A stretch of DNA of 64,000 nucleotides, from the NCBI RefSeq assembly GCF_963921235.1, contig NC_086098.1, positions 8,122,001 to 8,186,000 on the forward strand. The letters run 5' to 3'. Positions 1-12,484 of the stretch are shown in pieces. The notes beneath the pieces were generated by a model. The model saw only the letters and a program-made list of their open reading frames with translations, searched no databases and was not told the origin of the DNA. The position numbers and the translations under genes were made by a program. The number at the start of each line of letters is the position of its first letter. Positions within the stretch are counted from its first letter, which is position 1. The DNA is from Mobula hypostoma. Taxonomy: Eukaryota.

Positions 1-1078
1 TGTGTGCTTAGCCCTCTGCTCTCCTTACGTTACACACTATGACTGTGTGGCTAAGCACAGCTCCAACACCATATTCAAGTATTCTGATGACACCACTGTT
101 GTGGGCCGTATCAAAAGTGGAGATGAATCAGCATAGAGGAGGGAGATTGAAAATTCAGTTAAGAGGTGTAATAACAACAACCTCTCACTCAATGTCAATA
201 AGACAAAGGAAATTATTGTAGACTTCAGGAGAGGGAAACCAGAGGTCCATGAGCCAGTAATCATCGGAGGATCAGAGGTGGAGAGGGTCAGTAACTTTAG
301 TTTCCTGGGCGTCACTATCTCAGAGGACCTGTCCTGGACCCATCATATAAATATTATTGCGAAGGAAGTACAGCAATGCCTCTACTTCCCCAGGAGTCTG
401 TGAAGGTCTGGCATGTCATCAAAAACCTTGGCAGACTTCTGTAGATGTGTGCTGGAAAGTGTGCTACCTGGCTACATTATGGCCTGGAACACCAAATGCC
501 TTTGAGCATAAAATCCTACAAAAGGTAGCGGATATGGCCCAGTACATCACAAGCAAAACCCTCCCAATCATATAAGAACATAAGAAATAAGAGCAGGAGT
601 AGGCCATCTGGCCCTTCGAGCCTGCTCTGCTATTTAATAAGTTACTGGCTAATTTGGCCATGGACTCATCTCCACCCACCTGCCTTTTCCCCATAACCCT
701 TAATTCCCCTACTATACAAAACACCATTTAGCACATCTACGTGAAATGTTGCTACAGGAAAGCAGCATCCGTCATCAAAGATCCTCACCACCCAGTCCGT
801 GCTGCCATTGGTACAAATACCTCACGATTCACACCACCGGGTTCAAGAACAGTTACTACCCCTCAACCACCAGGCTCTTGAACGAAAGGGGATAGCTACA
901 CTCAATCTACTTCTGCTGTTCCTGCTATTTGTGTATATTTGCATTTGCAGTTTGTTGTTCATTGATCCTATTACAGTTACTGTTCTATAGATTTGCTAAG
1001 TATGCCCACAGGAAGAACAATCTCAGGGTTTTGACATAAACGTACCCTGGTAATAAATTTTACTTTGAACTTTGAACT
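1..1078 (+). mobile_element. Decayed Rex1/Babar LINE 3' portion (RT C-terminus and 3' UTR), interrupted by a CR1 3' fragment
   Basis: Degenerate KYSDDTTVVG, KTKEIIVDFRR and FLGVTISEDLSW motifs; 3' end AATAAATTTACTTTGAACTTTGAAC. Confidence 0.85.
571..722 (-). mobile_element. CR1 3' end fragment nested in Rex1
   Basis: ATAAGAACATAAGAAATAAGAGCAGGAGTAGGCC matches the CR1 tail and 3' UTR seen in the longer copies here. Confidence 0.85.
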
Positions 1079-1324
1079 TAAAGAGTAGTTTTCTTTCCCA
1101 GAACAAGCACGGAGGTAAGCAGGAAGCATAGACATTGTTGTGGTTTTAGTCAAGTCTCACCAAGACTGGAAGGAGGGGAAGAGAGGTAAACACCACAACT
1201 GTGAAACACTAATCAGCTGAACACGCATACCCACGAACGTGATTGCGAAGCCCATTCCACAGCCCGCCTGTGAGGGAGCACCGCACGGACCCTGTGGCAG
1301 AGTCTGTGGTTGTGCCATAAAGCA

Positions 1325-2438
1325 AGATCAAGAGGTTCAGTTGTTGCTGAGACCAAACATCAGAATAGGGAAGAAATACGACTTTGACTGTGGAATGACC
1401 GTTGGTGCCAGATGGGCTGCTTTGAGAATCTCAGAAATTGCTGACCTTCTGGGATTTTCACGTATAGCAGTCTCTAGAGTTTATCGAGAATGGTGCGATA
1501 AACTAAAAAAATACATCCAGTGGGCAGCAATTTTGTGGGCAAAAATGTCTTGTTAGGTTATGAGAACACTCAGTCCTCTTTTATTGTCATTTAGAAATGC
1601 ATACATGCATTAAGAAATGATACAATGTTTCTCCGGCGTGATATCACAGAAAACAAGAGAAACTAAAGACTAACACTGACAGAACCACATAATTATAACA
1701 TATAGTTACAGCAGTGCAAAGTAATACCATAATTTGATGAAGAACAGTCCATAGGCACAGTAAAAAAAAATAGTCTCAGAGTCCCCAAGTCGATCGACTC
1801 CCGAGTCCATGATAGCGGCAGCAAAAGGGAGAAACTCGCTGTCATAAACCTCCAGGCACCGTCAACTTGCCGATACCTTGGAAGCAGCCGACCACAGCCG
1901 ACACTGAGTCCATCCGTCCGAAAACTCCGAGCTTCCGAGCAGCCTCTCCGATACAGCCTCCCGAGCGCCTTCGACCTCTCCCCAGCCGCTGAAACACGCA
2001 AAGCCGAGGATTTCGAGGCCTTCAGCTCCAGAGATTACGGTTACCACACAGTAGCAGCGGTAGCAAAGCAGACATTTCAGAAGTTTTCCAGATGTTCCGC
2101 TATGCTCTCACATCCATCTCCATCAAATCAGGATTGTGCACGGTCCCCTACTTGACAGATAACAGATATTCATCACTGGAGAGGTCGTGCACGCTGTCAT
2201 CGCGCCGCCAGAGAGGAGAATGGCCAGACTAGTCCAAGCTGACAGAAAGGTGACAGCAACTCAAGAAACTCTGCATTACAGTGTGTGTATTACAACAGTG
2301 GTGTGCAGAAGAGCATCTCTGAATGCACAACTTGTCAAACTTGAAGTGGGTGGGTTACAACAGCACAAGACCACAAACTTACACTCAGTGCCCACTTTAT
2401 TAGGTACAGGAGGTATCTAATAGAGTGGCCACTAAATG
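1325..2438 (+). mobile_element. Non-autonomous Tc1-like DNA transposon (transposase N-terminal HTH remnant), interrupted at 1553-2210
   Basis: Translates as GMTVGARWAALRISEIADLLGFSRIAVSRVYREW (Tc1 paired-like HTH); TIR-type CACTCAGTG(C/G)CCACTTTATTAGG fold-back at 2382-2438; homologous to 33869-34775. Confidence 0.85.
1553..2210 (-). mobile_element. ORF-less non-autonomous retroposon with Rex-type tail (copy 1)
   Basis: Reverse-complement homolog of 4457-5136; the Tc1 sequence resumes on both sides. Confidence 0.8.
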
Positions 2439-2584
2439 TACATCATATCAATAGATTGGCCACTGTTATGGCATTTTAATTTAAATGCCAGATTATAATG
2501 CCTGCCTTTGATTTTCCTTGAAATTAAAAATGAAATGTTTTCTTTCAAAATTTTGATTTTGTGAATGAAATCCCAGAATTCAGT

Positions 2585-2970
2585 CCATGCTCTCTTCTTA
2601 CCGCTGCCATTGAAAAGGTGGTAGAGGTTACTCAGGTCCCACACCCCCAGGTTCAGGAACAATTATTACCCTACAACCATCAGACTCCTGAACCAGTGTG
2701 GATAACTTCACACATCTCAACACTGAACTTTGTATTCATTTTGAAAGACTGGGCAACTCATGTTCTCTGTTTATTATTTATTTATTTATCCTTACTATTA
2801 CTTGTTTCTTTTTGTATTTGCACAATTTCTCAGTCCTTGTGTGTAGTTTTTCATTGATTCTATTGTATTTCTTTGTCCTATTGTAAACAACTGTAAGAAA
2901 ATGAATCTTAGGATAATATTTGGTGATATATTTGCAATTTGATAATAACTTTACATTGAACTATAAACTA
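2585..2970 (+). mobile_element. Rex1/Babar 3' end/UTR remnant
   Basis: CAGGTTCAGGAACAATTATTACCC and GATAATAACTTTACATTGAAC, shared with other Rex 3' ends in the window. Confidence 0.7.
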
Positions 2971-3499
2971 ATTTACAAGCAGTTAAACTGATACAAACAG
3001 CAATTATATCCATTCTGGGAGGTAAAATCAACACTGGACAATAAAGCATAACAGCAGCCAAGATTGGATCACACATCGTTCCTATCTCTTATTCCACTAA
3101 CTTCAAACTGTTGAAATCCCTTGGCATTACCAGAGGAACACCGGAAATGCATCCCTCAGTCTACAGCAAAGTATCAAAATGCTTGTCTGGTTTGGTATCT
3201 GGAACATGATTGCTGGAATTATCTCCAGGACATTAGTTTGTGCAATTCTCTGAGTAATTAATAATGTGCAGAATGCACTGACAAGTTCCTCTGAAGCAAG
3301 ATAAGGAAGTATGTGAAACCATTTTTTTCAATGTTAATACTTTGATGGTGTTATTTTAAGTTTGAAAAGTAAAATAAATATTTAAGTTTGAAGCAGCCAA
3401 TTGTGTTCAGTGACATAGGGATTCAGATCAGAAAACAATTTTGGCTTACATTCCAGACTGAGCCTGGGAAAGGAAAGGTGTCTTTACATCCACAGAACA

Positions 3500-3840
3500 A
3501 GAATGATATGACCCCTCATGAAGACCTGTGCAGCCCAACTGGCTGGAGTGTTTAATGACATCTTTAACCTCCTGCTTCAGCACCTGCATCAAGCAGGCTT
3601 CAATCATCCCAGTGCCCGAGAACCTGCTTCAATGATTATCATTCAATAGCACCTACATCCACAGTGATGGAGTGTTTTGAGAGGTTTAGCATGGAGTATA
3701 TCAACTCCTTTCTAAGGAGTAACTTGGATCCATTTCAATCTGCTTTCCGTCACAACGGGTCAATGGCGAATGCCATTTCATTGGCTTTTCATTCATCCCC
3801 GGGACATTTGGACAGTGAAGATGCATATACTAGGATGTTC
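3500..3840 (+). mobile_element. Decayed Rex1 RT fragment
   Basis: MECFERF, NLDPFQSAFR and AISLAFH are homologous to AKCFERL, LDPHQFAYR and AISTALH in ORF 55841-56977. Confidence 0.8.
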
Positions 3841-4056
3841 TTGCAGAGCAAACTTGATGGGTGAATGGCCTAATTCTGCTCCTAGACCTGTGGTCTATTC
3901 AAGCAAGGTTAAGCTGCACTTACACCATAGCTTCATCTGTTGCCCTGTATCTCTGTTCTTTCACCACTATTTCAGAAAATGATAATAGATTTGTAAAGAG
4001 GAGAACATGTATATCAAATCACTATAAATTACTTTTGGATTGGCAAATAAATTATA

Positions 4057-5345
4057 CAGTGGATTCCAGTTAATTGGGGCAACAGTTTATTTGGACCAAC
4101 TCTTAAAGAACAAAAATGATCAAGAAAATAGCTGGAATTCCCTTTGATCATTTGACACTATGTAACTTAATTGGGACAGAAGGTTGTTGCCAAACAATTT
4201 CTATCTAGAATCAGTCACCATTAGGCGATACACCATGCTTAGAGTGAACAGTTTTTAAATAGCATCAGTTGCGTGTGTTTGTGTTCAAAGGAAATGATTT
4301 TGGTCACTGACAGTTGCTGAGAAATAAGCAGTATTCAATTCCAAGCTGTTTTGATCACTGTGGTTTCAAGCATACAGGCTTGGAGATGCCAGGAACAGCC
4401 AAGAGTGAAAATGAAACAATTTCACTCCTTCAACAAATTAGGAACTATGATGAAGTGGAGGAGAAGATGGTGGCGCAATGCAGCGCACGTGGCCGCTCTG
4501 AAATGATATTGTATTTGTAAGTAGGTACCGTGCACAATCCTGATTTAATGGAGACAGACGTGAGAAACACGGAGGAACATCTGGAGAAACTTCTGAAATG
4601 CCTGCTTCGCTGCCGCTGCTACTGTGCGATCGAGAATCTCCGGAGGGGAAGGCCCCAAATCCTCGGCTTTTCCTATTGCCTGTTGCCGGGGCTGGGGTCG
4701 AAGTGCTCGGCAGAGATGGTGCTCGGTACTCGGTGTCGGAGAGCTGGTCGGAGGCTCGAAGTTTTTGGACGGACTCAAGAGTCGGCTGTGGTCGGGTGCT
4801 TCCAGGGTGCTGCATCGGCAAGTTTGCGGTGCTGGAGGTCCATGGCAGGGAGAGTTTTACTTCCTTCTACCGTCTGCATGAGATGATGGGACTTTTGAGA
4901 GACTTTGAGACTTTTTTTTACCGTGCCCATGGTCTGTTCTTTATCAAATTACTGTATTGCTTTGCACTGTTGTAACTATATGTTATAATTATTATGGTTT
5001 TTGTCAGTTTTTCAGTCTTGGTTTGTCTTGTGTTTCTGTGATATCATACTGGAGGAACATTGTATCATTTCTTAATGCATGCAATACTAAATGACAATAA
5101 AAGAGGACTGCGTGTCCTCATAATCTAATCTAAAAAAAGTTTTGAAGGTATGAACAAGCATCTTAAATGTTAAAACTGAAGTAAAGATTGGGAGGATGCA
5201 GTCGTTGATAGCATTGTATGAAGACAGTCCATTATCTGCACTCCACCTTTTCAACTACTTCCATGAACTTCAGCTAATTGGGGAACCACTTAATTGAGCC
5301 AAAATGCACTGGTCCCGATGTGTCCCAATTAACTGGAATTGACTG
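4057..5345. mobile_element. Tigger/pogo-like MITE, interrupted at 4457-5136
   Basis: 24-bp imperfect TIRs CAGTGGATTCCAGTTAATTGGGGC (4057-4080) and GTCCCAATTAACTGGAATTGACTG (5322-5345); TA on the left flank. Confidence 0.75.
4457..5136 (+). mobile_element. ORF-less non-autonomous retroposon (copy 2, apparently full length)
   Basis: Starts GGAGGAGAAGATGGTGGCGC and ends TGACAATAAAAGAGG...AATCTAATCT; AAGT occurs on both flanks (4453-4456, 5137-5140). Confidence 0.8.
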
Positions 5346-5364
5346 TTTATGAATTTCCAGTAGA

Positions 5365-5672
5365 CACATGGCCAAATAGTTAAGGCATTGGACTGGCTAC
5401 CTGAAGGTCGTGAGTTCGAGCCCCAGCCGAGGCAATGTGTTGTGTCCTTGAGCAAGATACTTAATCACACATTGCTCTGCAACGACACTGGTGCCAATCT
5501 GAATGGGTCCTAATGCCCTTCCCTTGGACAAACATCAGTGTCGTGGAGAGGGGAGACTTGCAGCATGGGCAACTGCCGGTCTTCCATACAACCTTGCCCA
5601 GGCCCGCGCCCTGAAGAGTGAAGACTTCCCAGGCGCAGATCCATGGTCTCGCAAGACTAACGGATGCCTATA
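5365..5672 (+). mobile_element. tRNA-derived SINE with CORE/Meta-like central block
   Basis: A box TGGCCAAATAGTT, B box GAGTTCGAGCCC, then TGTGTCCTTGAGCAAGATACTTAA. Confidence 0.8.
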
Positions 5673-5679
5673 GTAGACA

Positions 5680-6050
5680 TTCAACAAAAGCCCTTATACA
5701 GTGCCATTGGGTAAAGTTAGCCCAAAATTCAGTCATTATAAAAGTATGTCTATGTTACCATATACTACCTGAGATTATGACAAAACTATATATAAACAAA
5801 GACTGACAAACAACATAGTTCAAAAGAAGACAAACTGTGCAAATAAAAAATAATACTGAGAAGATGTAGAAAGTCCTTGAAAGTGAGTCTGTAGGCTGTA
5901 GAATCAATTCAAAGTGGTGGTGATTGAAGTTATCCACACTGATGATTGTATGGTAAGCATTGTTCCTGAACTTGATGGTATAGAAACTAAAACTTCTGTA
6001 CCTCCTGCTCGATAGTAGCAATGAGAAGAGGATAGGCGTGGATGGTTTGC
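5680..6050 (-). mobile_element. Rex1 3' end remnant
   Basis: Reverse frame LLSSRRYRS..KFRN resembles the Rex C-terminus; homologous to 33010-33365. Confidence 0.65.
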
Positions 6051-6435
6051 TCGCAGTTTATTGAACTGTCTAGCTACCTGGCTGAGCAGTGACAGACAAG
6101 TGAAAGGAATAACGTGCAGGTAGTCTGCACATGACCATTGGAACTACAACTAAATTAGAACCACAACTCAACTGTGGGGTAAAACTTATAATCCAGATCT
6201 CCTAATGAAGCAAAGATAAGCAACTCTGCAAGCAAAGTTAGTAAATCTATTAAATTGCAAAAAAAAAATGACTGGAATGACAGGGGTGAATGAAAATCAA
6301 TGTGAACAGATACAAGGCCATTCACTATTAAGGTAAAAATGATCAAAATGTACAAACAGTGAAAACTCACAGACCTACAACCTGAGGCAATAAAAATAGA
6401 ACTGGGGGAGTATGGACAAAGATGGTTAACATGTG

Positions 6436-6780
6436 TAGAACATAGAACAGGGACAGACCCTTAGGTCCACAATGTTCTGTCTTACTAATTAAACTAGCAA
6501 TTAAATGCCTAACTGAACTAATCCCTTCTGCCGACACAAAGTCCATATCCACTCCAAATTCACTCGAACAAGGCCTCTCAATACTTGATATTTCAATGAG
6601 ATCTTCTCCATTCTTCTAAACTCCAGTGAGTACAGCCACAGATCCATCAAATGCTCCTCATACATTAACCCTTTTATTGCCAGGATTATTTTCTGAAACC
6701 TCTCCTGGACCCTCTCCAATACCAGTACGTCACTTCTTGGATATGGGACCCAAAACTGCTCACAATACTCCAAATAATGC
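6436..6780 (-). mobile_element. CR1 3' fragment
   Basis: ORF 6501-6773 contains EYCEQFWVP and LYSLEFRRM. Confidence 0.85.
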
Positions 6781-7269
6781 TTGGGCCCTGAACATTATTT
6801 TTACAACAGAGAACTTTTCAGACTAAGCTTATATTCTCTGGAATTTAGAAAGTTAAAGTCTATTTTCTTTGCTGGTTCACAATATTAAAGAGAACCTATT
6901 GTGTAAAAAGGAAGAATTGATTATTTTTGGTACCTAAAGCAGGGGCTCCCAACATTTTTTTATTCCATAGACCCTGTGGAATCCCGATCAAAAATCTCAA
7001 GAAATTTCTTTTCAGGAACAACATTAGGAAACACTTCAGCACTGAAATGGTAGTAGAACTTGGAATATAGTTCAACAAAAGTAAATTGATGGAAATCAAT
7101 TTTTATTGATTGATAAATATTTAGCCAATCAAAATTATACAGTGACAGTGGCTCACAATCACCTTTTCAAGGGCAATAAAGGATAGAAGATTAGTGCTCT
7201 TCTTTCCAATGATGCATTAAATTAATTTTAAAAACAAATACGGGAATAGTTAGATCATTAATATCACTA

Positions 7270-7457
7270 AAACCTCTTGCTTTTTTTGCACTACCTTACT
7301 TTCCCTTTTCTATTTTCTATTTATGATTTATAATTTAAATTTTTAATATTTACTATCAATTTGTACTCCAGGGAGGGCGAAGCACAGAATCAAATATCGC
7401 TGTGATGATTGTACGTTCTAGTATCAATTGTTTGGCGACAATAAAGTATAAAGTATA
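7270..7457 (+). mobile_element. LINE 3' UTR/tail (Rex-like)
   Basis: Ends GACAATAAAGTATAAAGTATA (polyA signal plus short tandem tail). Confidence 0.55.
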
Positions 7458-7544
7458 ATATTTATTGAATAATGGAATACACTAAAGCTGCCAAATCAGT
7501 TACACCCTTCCCTATCTCCTGATCGGCTAAAGCAATCCCTCTTT

Positions 7545-7778
7545 CATATGTGAGAATGGGAGGCAAACGCAGGCTCTCTCTGTTTCTCGCACAGTTGAGG
7601 TAAGGCAATCTGAACAGGTCAGACAAGTGGATAGGTTGTAAGGTGGGCTACTTCTTCTGGGTTTTAGGTTTAGCTCCATGTACACCTGATGAATGGGATT
7701 GAAGGGATAATAAATCAACCGTGATGGAGTGGTAGGGCAGACGCGATATGCCAAATGACCTTGTTCTGCTCCTATGTC
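7545..7778 (+). mobile_element. Old CR1 3' end remnant
   Basis: ATGCCAAATGACCTTGTTCTGCTCCTATGTCT resembles the CR1 3' terminus. Confidence 0.55.
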
Positions 7779-7929
7779 TGAAAATCTTCTGCTGAATGGA
7801 CTCTACTTTCTCAGCATCATTCCTACCACTCCCTCGCTGCTTTGAACAGTCGTGAGAAAATGACTGACAGAAGTTAGTGCACATGTTGCTTGGCGTACCT
7901 AAAGGTTTATTTTAATCTTTTCTATTAAC

Positions 7930-8262
7930 CTGGGTGGCAGAGTGGAGATGCATTCCTATCAAAGGATGCATAAGGCACTCAATCCTCTCCACTAGCCTTC
8001 GGGTCACCCTTGGGCAAGGTGTAAGACCTGCTTAGCTCTCTCCCCTGACCAAGGTCATGTGAAGCCACAGGAGCAGGCAGTGGATATCTCAAGTCCTAGT
8101 TATGTGGCCACTGACGCCAAGCAGACAACCTCTGAAGAATATTGACAATGGTCGGGGTTACCCAGAAAGGCAATGGCAAACCACTTCTTTAGAAAAGTTT
8201 GCCAAGGGCAGTCGTCACCACAATCACCCAGGCCCTATGACACGACACATCGTGATGATGAG
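7930..8262 (+). mobile_element. RTE-type non-autonomous SINE (family copy 1)
   Basis: Homologous to 32630-32925 and 44153-44516; BovB/RTE-like tail GAAAGGCAATGGCAAACCACTTC...TTTGCCAAG. Confidence 0.7.
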
Positions 8263-8647
8263 TCCACATTTGCTCGAGTCTCACTGTGAACCTTTATGGT
8301 CAGAGGGTTGGTGGGTGGTGAGCTGCAGCCGGGGGATGTTGGCTGGTAAAGTTTCTCTTGTGCATGTGAGAATAAGGCATGTCTTCCCATGTACTTTAAT
8401 GGATGCTTGCACAGAGTTTGGAGCATAGGAGCCAACCCAAACCACAGCTCAGCTTATGCACTGGACTGATTGTGGTTCTGGAGTGCAGATTACGTACCGT
8501 GAACTGTTTCCCATTTGTCCTGAAGATACTTTTCACTCCAGTGGGAGGTTCATCAGAACTAAGAAAGCATGCTGACCAAAAAGCTTAAGAAAAGATAAAA
8601 ATTCAGGGGAATGACACAACTTTGCTTAAGACTACATTGAGATTGTG

Positions 8648-8649
<2 letters not shown>

Positions 8650-8698
<49 letters not shown>

Positions 8699-8716
8699 TT
8701 GTGTGTGTGTGTGCGT
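8650..8716. repeat. (TG)n microsatellite
   Basis: Directly visible. Confidence 0.97.
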
Positions 8717-9169
8717 ATGTATGAGATAGAGAGAGTGTGAGTTCAGGTCTGCCAATATCCCTATAAACAAACAAACGCAAGTAGAAATATCTCCCGTGGA
8801 TACAGAATAACTTTTATGCAAGTTGCTCTGATAAGGACCAAAATGAGTCTCGAAAACGTTCAGCTCTGGCATTGGATTTTCAACAGGCTGACAGCCACAT
8901 TGTTGTTTATCTTACTGTGCTGATAAGCATTTTCAAAAATGCTTTTGAAAGATGACCTTGTGGAAGAACAAATCGAGAGGAGGTCAGACTAGTTTTATCA
9001 GAATGATAAATGCTTGCCATGAACAATAAAATTATCTCCCCACTGCAATTATGGCTACGTTTCCAAGAATCTTCAGTCACAGCTGGAGAGACGGTTGCAT
9101 TTCTAAGACTTTAACTTCAACTTTAACGGCATGGAGCTGAATCATGGACCACCTATACAGGGCACCCAA

Positions 9170-9870
9170 AACATAGGATATAGGAGCAGAATTAGGCCAT
9201 TTGGCCCATCAAGTCCGTTCCACTATTTCATTACGATTGATTCATATTCTCTCTCAGCCGCAATCTCCTGCCTTCTCCCCATATCCCTTCATGCCCTGAC
9301 TAATCAAGAATCAATCAACCTTTGCCTTAAATATACGTAAAGCCTGTGGCAACGAGTTCCACAGCTTTACCACCCTCTGGCTGAGAAATTCCTCCTCATC
9401 CCCATTCTAACAGGATGTCCTTCTATTCTGAGGCTGTGTCCTCTGGATCATCATTATATAATCTCTGGGAAAATCTCGGGGACTGAGCACTTCCACTCAA
9501 CACTGAAATGATTCCACAACCTACGGACTCACCTTTGAGAACTCTACAACTCGTGTTCTCAATAGTATTTATACTATGGTTGATATAATAAATATTGTGT
9601 CGTAATATTGTGTATAATAAATATTGATTTATTACAGACATTTCCACATCTATTCAATAGGTTTCAATGAAGTCACCCCCCATTTTTCTGAATTCTAGTG
9701 AATACAGGCCCAGAGCCATCAAACACTTTTCATATGTCAAGCCATTCAATCCTGGAATCATTTTTGTGAACCTCCTTTGAACCCTCTCCAGTTTCAGCAC
9801 ATCCTTTCTAAGGGAAGGGGCCCAAAACTGCTGACAATACTCCAAGTGAGGCCTCACCAGAAAGCCCTGG
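9170..9870 (-). mobile_element. CR1 3' fragment containing a foreign ~190-bp insert (9444-9637)
   Basis: ORF 9654-9968 contains LVRPHLEYCQQFWAP and LYSLEFRKM; CR1 3' UTR at 9170-9443. Confidence 0.85.
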
Positions 9871-10412
9871 AACAATACCACTGAGAGCCGTATGAAAGAT
9901 TTGAGAATCAGCTGATGCACCAACACCAGCATACTGGAGCAGGCCAACACGGACAGCATTTCCACCACGATAAAGCAACACCAACTCCGACAGATTGGTC
10001 ATGTCATCCAGATGCCTAACTCACGTCTCCCCAAACAGATCCTTCACTCCCATTTGAAGGAAGGTCAGCAAGCCCCTGGTGGATGAAGGAAACACTTCAA
10101 TGATAACATGAAAATCAGCCTGAAGAAATTCAACATGACATCGAAAAACTGGGAAAATATTGCACTCAATAAATACGCTTGGAGGAAATCTGTTCAAGAG
10201 GGAGCTGCGTTACATGAGAGAGACCTCCTTTGTGCCACAGAGAACAACCAACGCCTGCAAAAGGGGAGACTGAACAAACAAAAGACCCAACCACTGATCA
10301 CAGACACCACTCACTCTTGCCCACACTGCACCAGCATATGTGGGCCCCAAAATGACCTCTACAGCCAGCTAAGGACCCACCAGTAGACAACCCCTACAGT
10401 CACCTGTATAAG
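9870..10412 (+). mobile_element. RTE-clade LINE 3' fragment with terminal C2H2-like zinc finger
   Basis: HQLRQIGHVIQMPNSRLPKQIL, WENIALNKYAWRKSV and CPHCTSICG...LRTH are typical of the RTE C-terminus. Confidence 0.85.
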
Positions 10413-10423
10413 CGTGTGTGTGC

Positions 10424-10507
<84 letters not shown>

Positions 10508-10822
10508 ATGTGTGTGTGTATGTGTGTGTGTGTGTGAGAGAGGGTGTGAGAGTGTGTGTGTTTGTGTGTGCATGTGTGTGTGTGTGTGTGTGGTTATGTG
10601 TGTAATTTTTTGTTTGTGATCCTATGTGTGTGAGATTGTGTGTGTGATTCTCTGTGTGTGAGATTGTACATGTTTGTGTGTGTGTGATTGTGTATGTGTG
10701 CATGTGTGTGCACATGTGTGATTCTGTGTGTTTGTGTGTGTGTGCGTGTGTATGTGTGCGTGTGAGTGTATGTGTCTGTGTGTAAACATGCACATGGGTA
10801 TACATAGTGGCACGTGTGCGTG
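10413..10822. repeat. Long imperfect (TG)n microsatellite
   Basis: Directly visible; it generates the spurious HT/VC-repeat ORFs. Confidence 0.97.
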
Positions 10823-11564
10823 CTTGCTTGATTTCCCTGTTTGCTCTGTGTACTGTACAAGCACCAGTCGTGAGCTTTAACTGAAAATCGGTAATGGGTT
10901 TTTAGAGCTGACTGTCTGTGTCAACATCTCAGTAAACTCTGATCTAAAATTAATCAAACTATTGATTATCTTTGAAGGACTAACTATGGAATATTTGAAA
11001 AAACAGATTAAATGATGATTCTGTCATTCTTCTCAGATGAGAAGACAGCTCCTTCTGTTCCTATACACTAACACTGATGGTTTCTTCTAACATCTCGGAA
11101 ATAATTTCTGGATTCGTGATGTCATTTGTCCTTGTAGATAATTAAGGTTAATGCAAAAATAGTTTCGATGTAGATCACGATGAGGTAAGAAGCCATTTTG
11201 TTTTGCAGTCTAATGCATTCCATCTGACGGGATACAATCTTCAAAAGTGCACTTAAACATCAAAAAGAAGAGCTCTCTTATAGCCTCAGGTCGTTCTTGT
11301 GATCTTCAGTATCCTCGTCATCATACTCTGTTTCAATTCAAATTGACTCCCAACAACAATCTGCTTAAACCAAAGAGTGGATTCCACAGCCAAACCATCT
11401 TGGACTCATTGTAAGAAATGAATTTGCCCCCTTAATGGATCATTATTATATAATCTCTGGGAAAATCTCGGGGACTGAGCACTTCACTCAACATTGAAAT
11501 GCTTCCACAACCTACAGACTCACCTTTAAGTACTCTACAACTCGTGTTCTCAATAGTATTTATA

Positions 11565-12339
11565 CATAGTCATAGTCATAGTCATACTTCATTGATCCTC
11601 AGGGAAATCGACTTTCGTTACAGTTGCTCCAACCAAGAATAGAGTATAAATATAGCAATATAAAACCTTAAATAATTAAATAATAATATGTAAATTATGC
11701 CAGGAAATAAATCCAGGACCAGCCTATTGGCTCTGGGTGTCTGACCCTCCAAGGGAGGAGTTGTAAAGTTTGATGGCCACAGGCAGGAATGACTTCCTAT
11801 GACGCTCTGTGTTGCATCTCGGTGGAATGAGTCTCTGGCTGAATGTACTCCTGTGCCCACCCAGTACATTATGTAGTGGATGGGAGACATTGACCAAGAT
11901 GGCATGCAACTTAGACAGCATCCTCTCTTCAGACCCCACCGTGAGAGAGTCCAGTTCCATCCCCACAGCATCACTGGCCTTACGAATGAGTTTGTTGATT
12001 CTGTTGGTCTCTGCCACCCTCAGCCTGCTGCCCCAGCACACAACAGCAAACATGATAGCACTGGCCACCTCAGACTCTTAGAACATCCTCAGCATCGTCC
12101 GACAGATGTTAAAGGGCCTCAGTCTCCTCAGGAAATAGAGACGGCTCTGACCCTTCTTGTAGACAGCCTCAGTGTTCTTTGACCAGTCCAGTTTATTGTC
12201 AATTCGTATCCCCAGGTATTTGTAATCCTCCACCATGTCCACACTGACCCCCTGGATAGAAACAGGAGGTCATTGGTACCTTAGCTCTCCTCAGGTCTAC
12301 CACCAGCTCCTTAGTCTTTTTCACATTAAGCTGCAGATA
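11565..12339 (-). mobile_element. 5'-truncated Rex1/Babar LINE, (TATGAC)n-tail family
   Basis: (CATAGT)n at 11565; ORF 11724-12068 is nearly identical to the C-terminus of ORF 23242-24090. Confidence 0.92.
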
Positions 12340-12484
12340 CTATAGTTGATATAATAAATATAATATTGTATATAATAAATATTGATTTCTTATAGTTATT
12401 ATTTATTTCTCTTTTAGCATTTGCACAATTTGTGGTCTTTTGTACATTGGTTGTTTGTCTGTATTTGTGTGTAGCTTCTCATTT

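Noticed and set aside
5365..5440. tRNA gene
   Set aside because: The A/B boxes belong to a SINE head that continues into a core and tail.
10359..10864. His/Thr- and Val/Cys-rich ORFs
   Set aside because: Translations of the (TG)n microsatellite.
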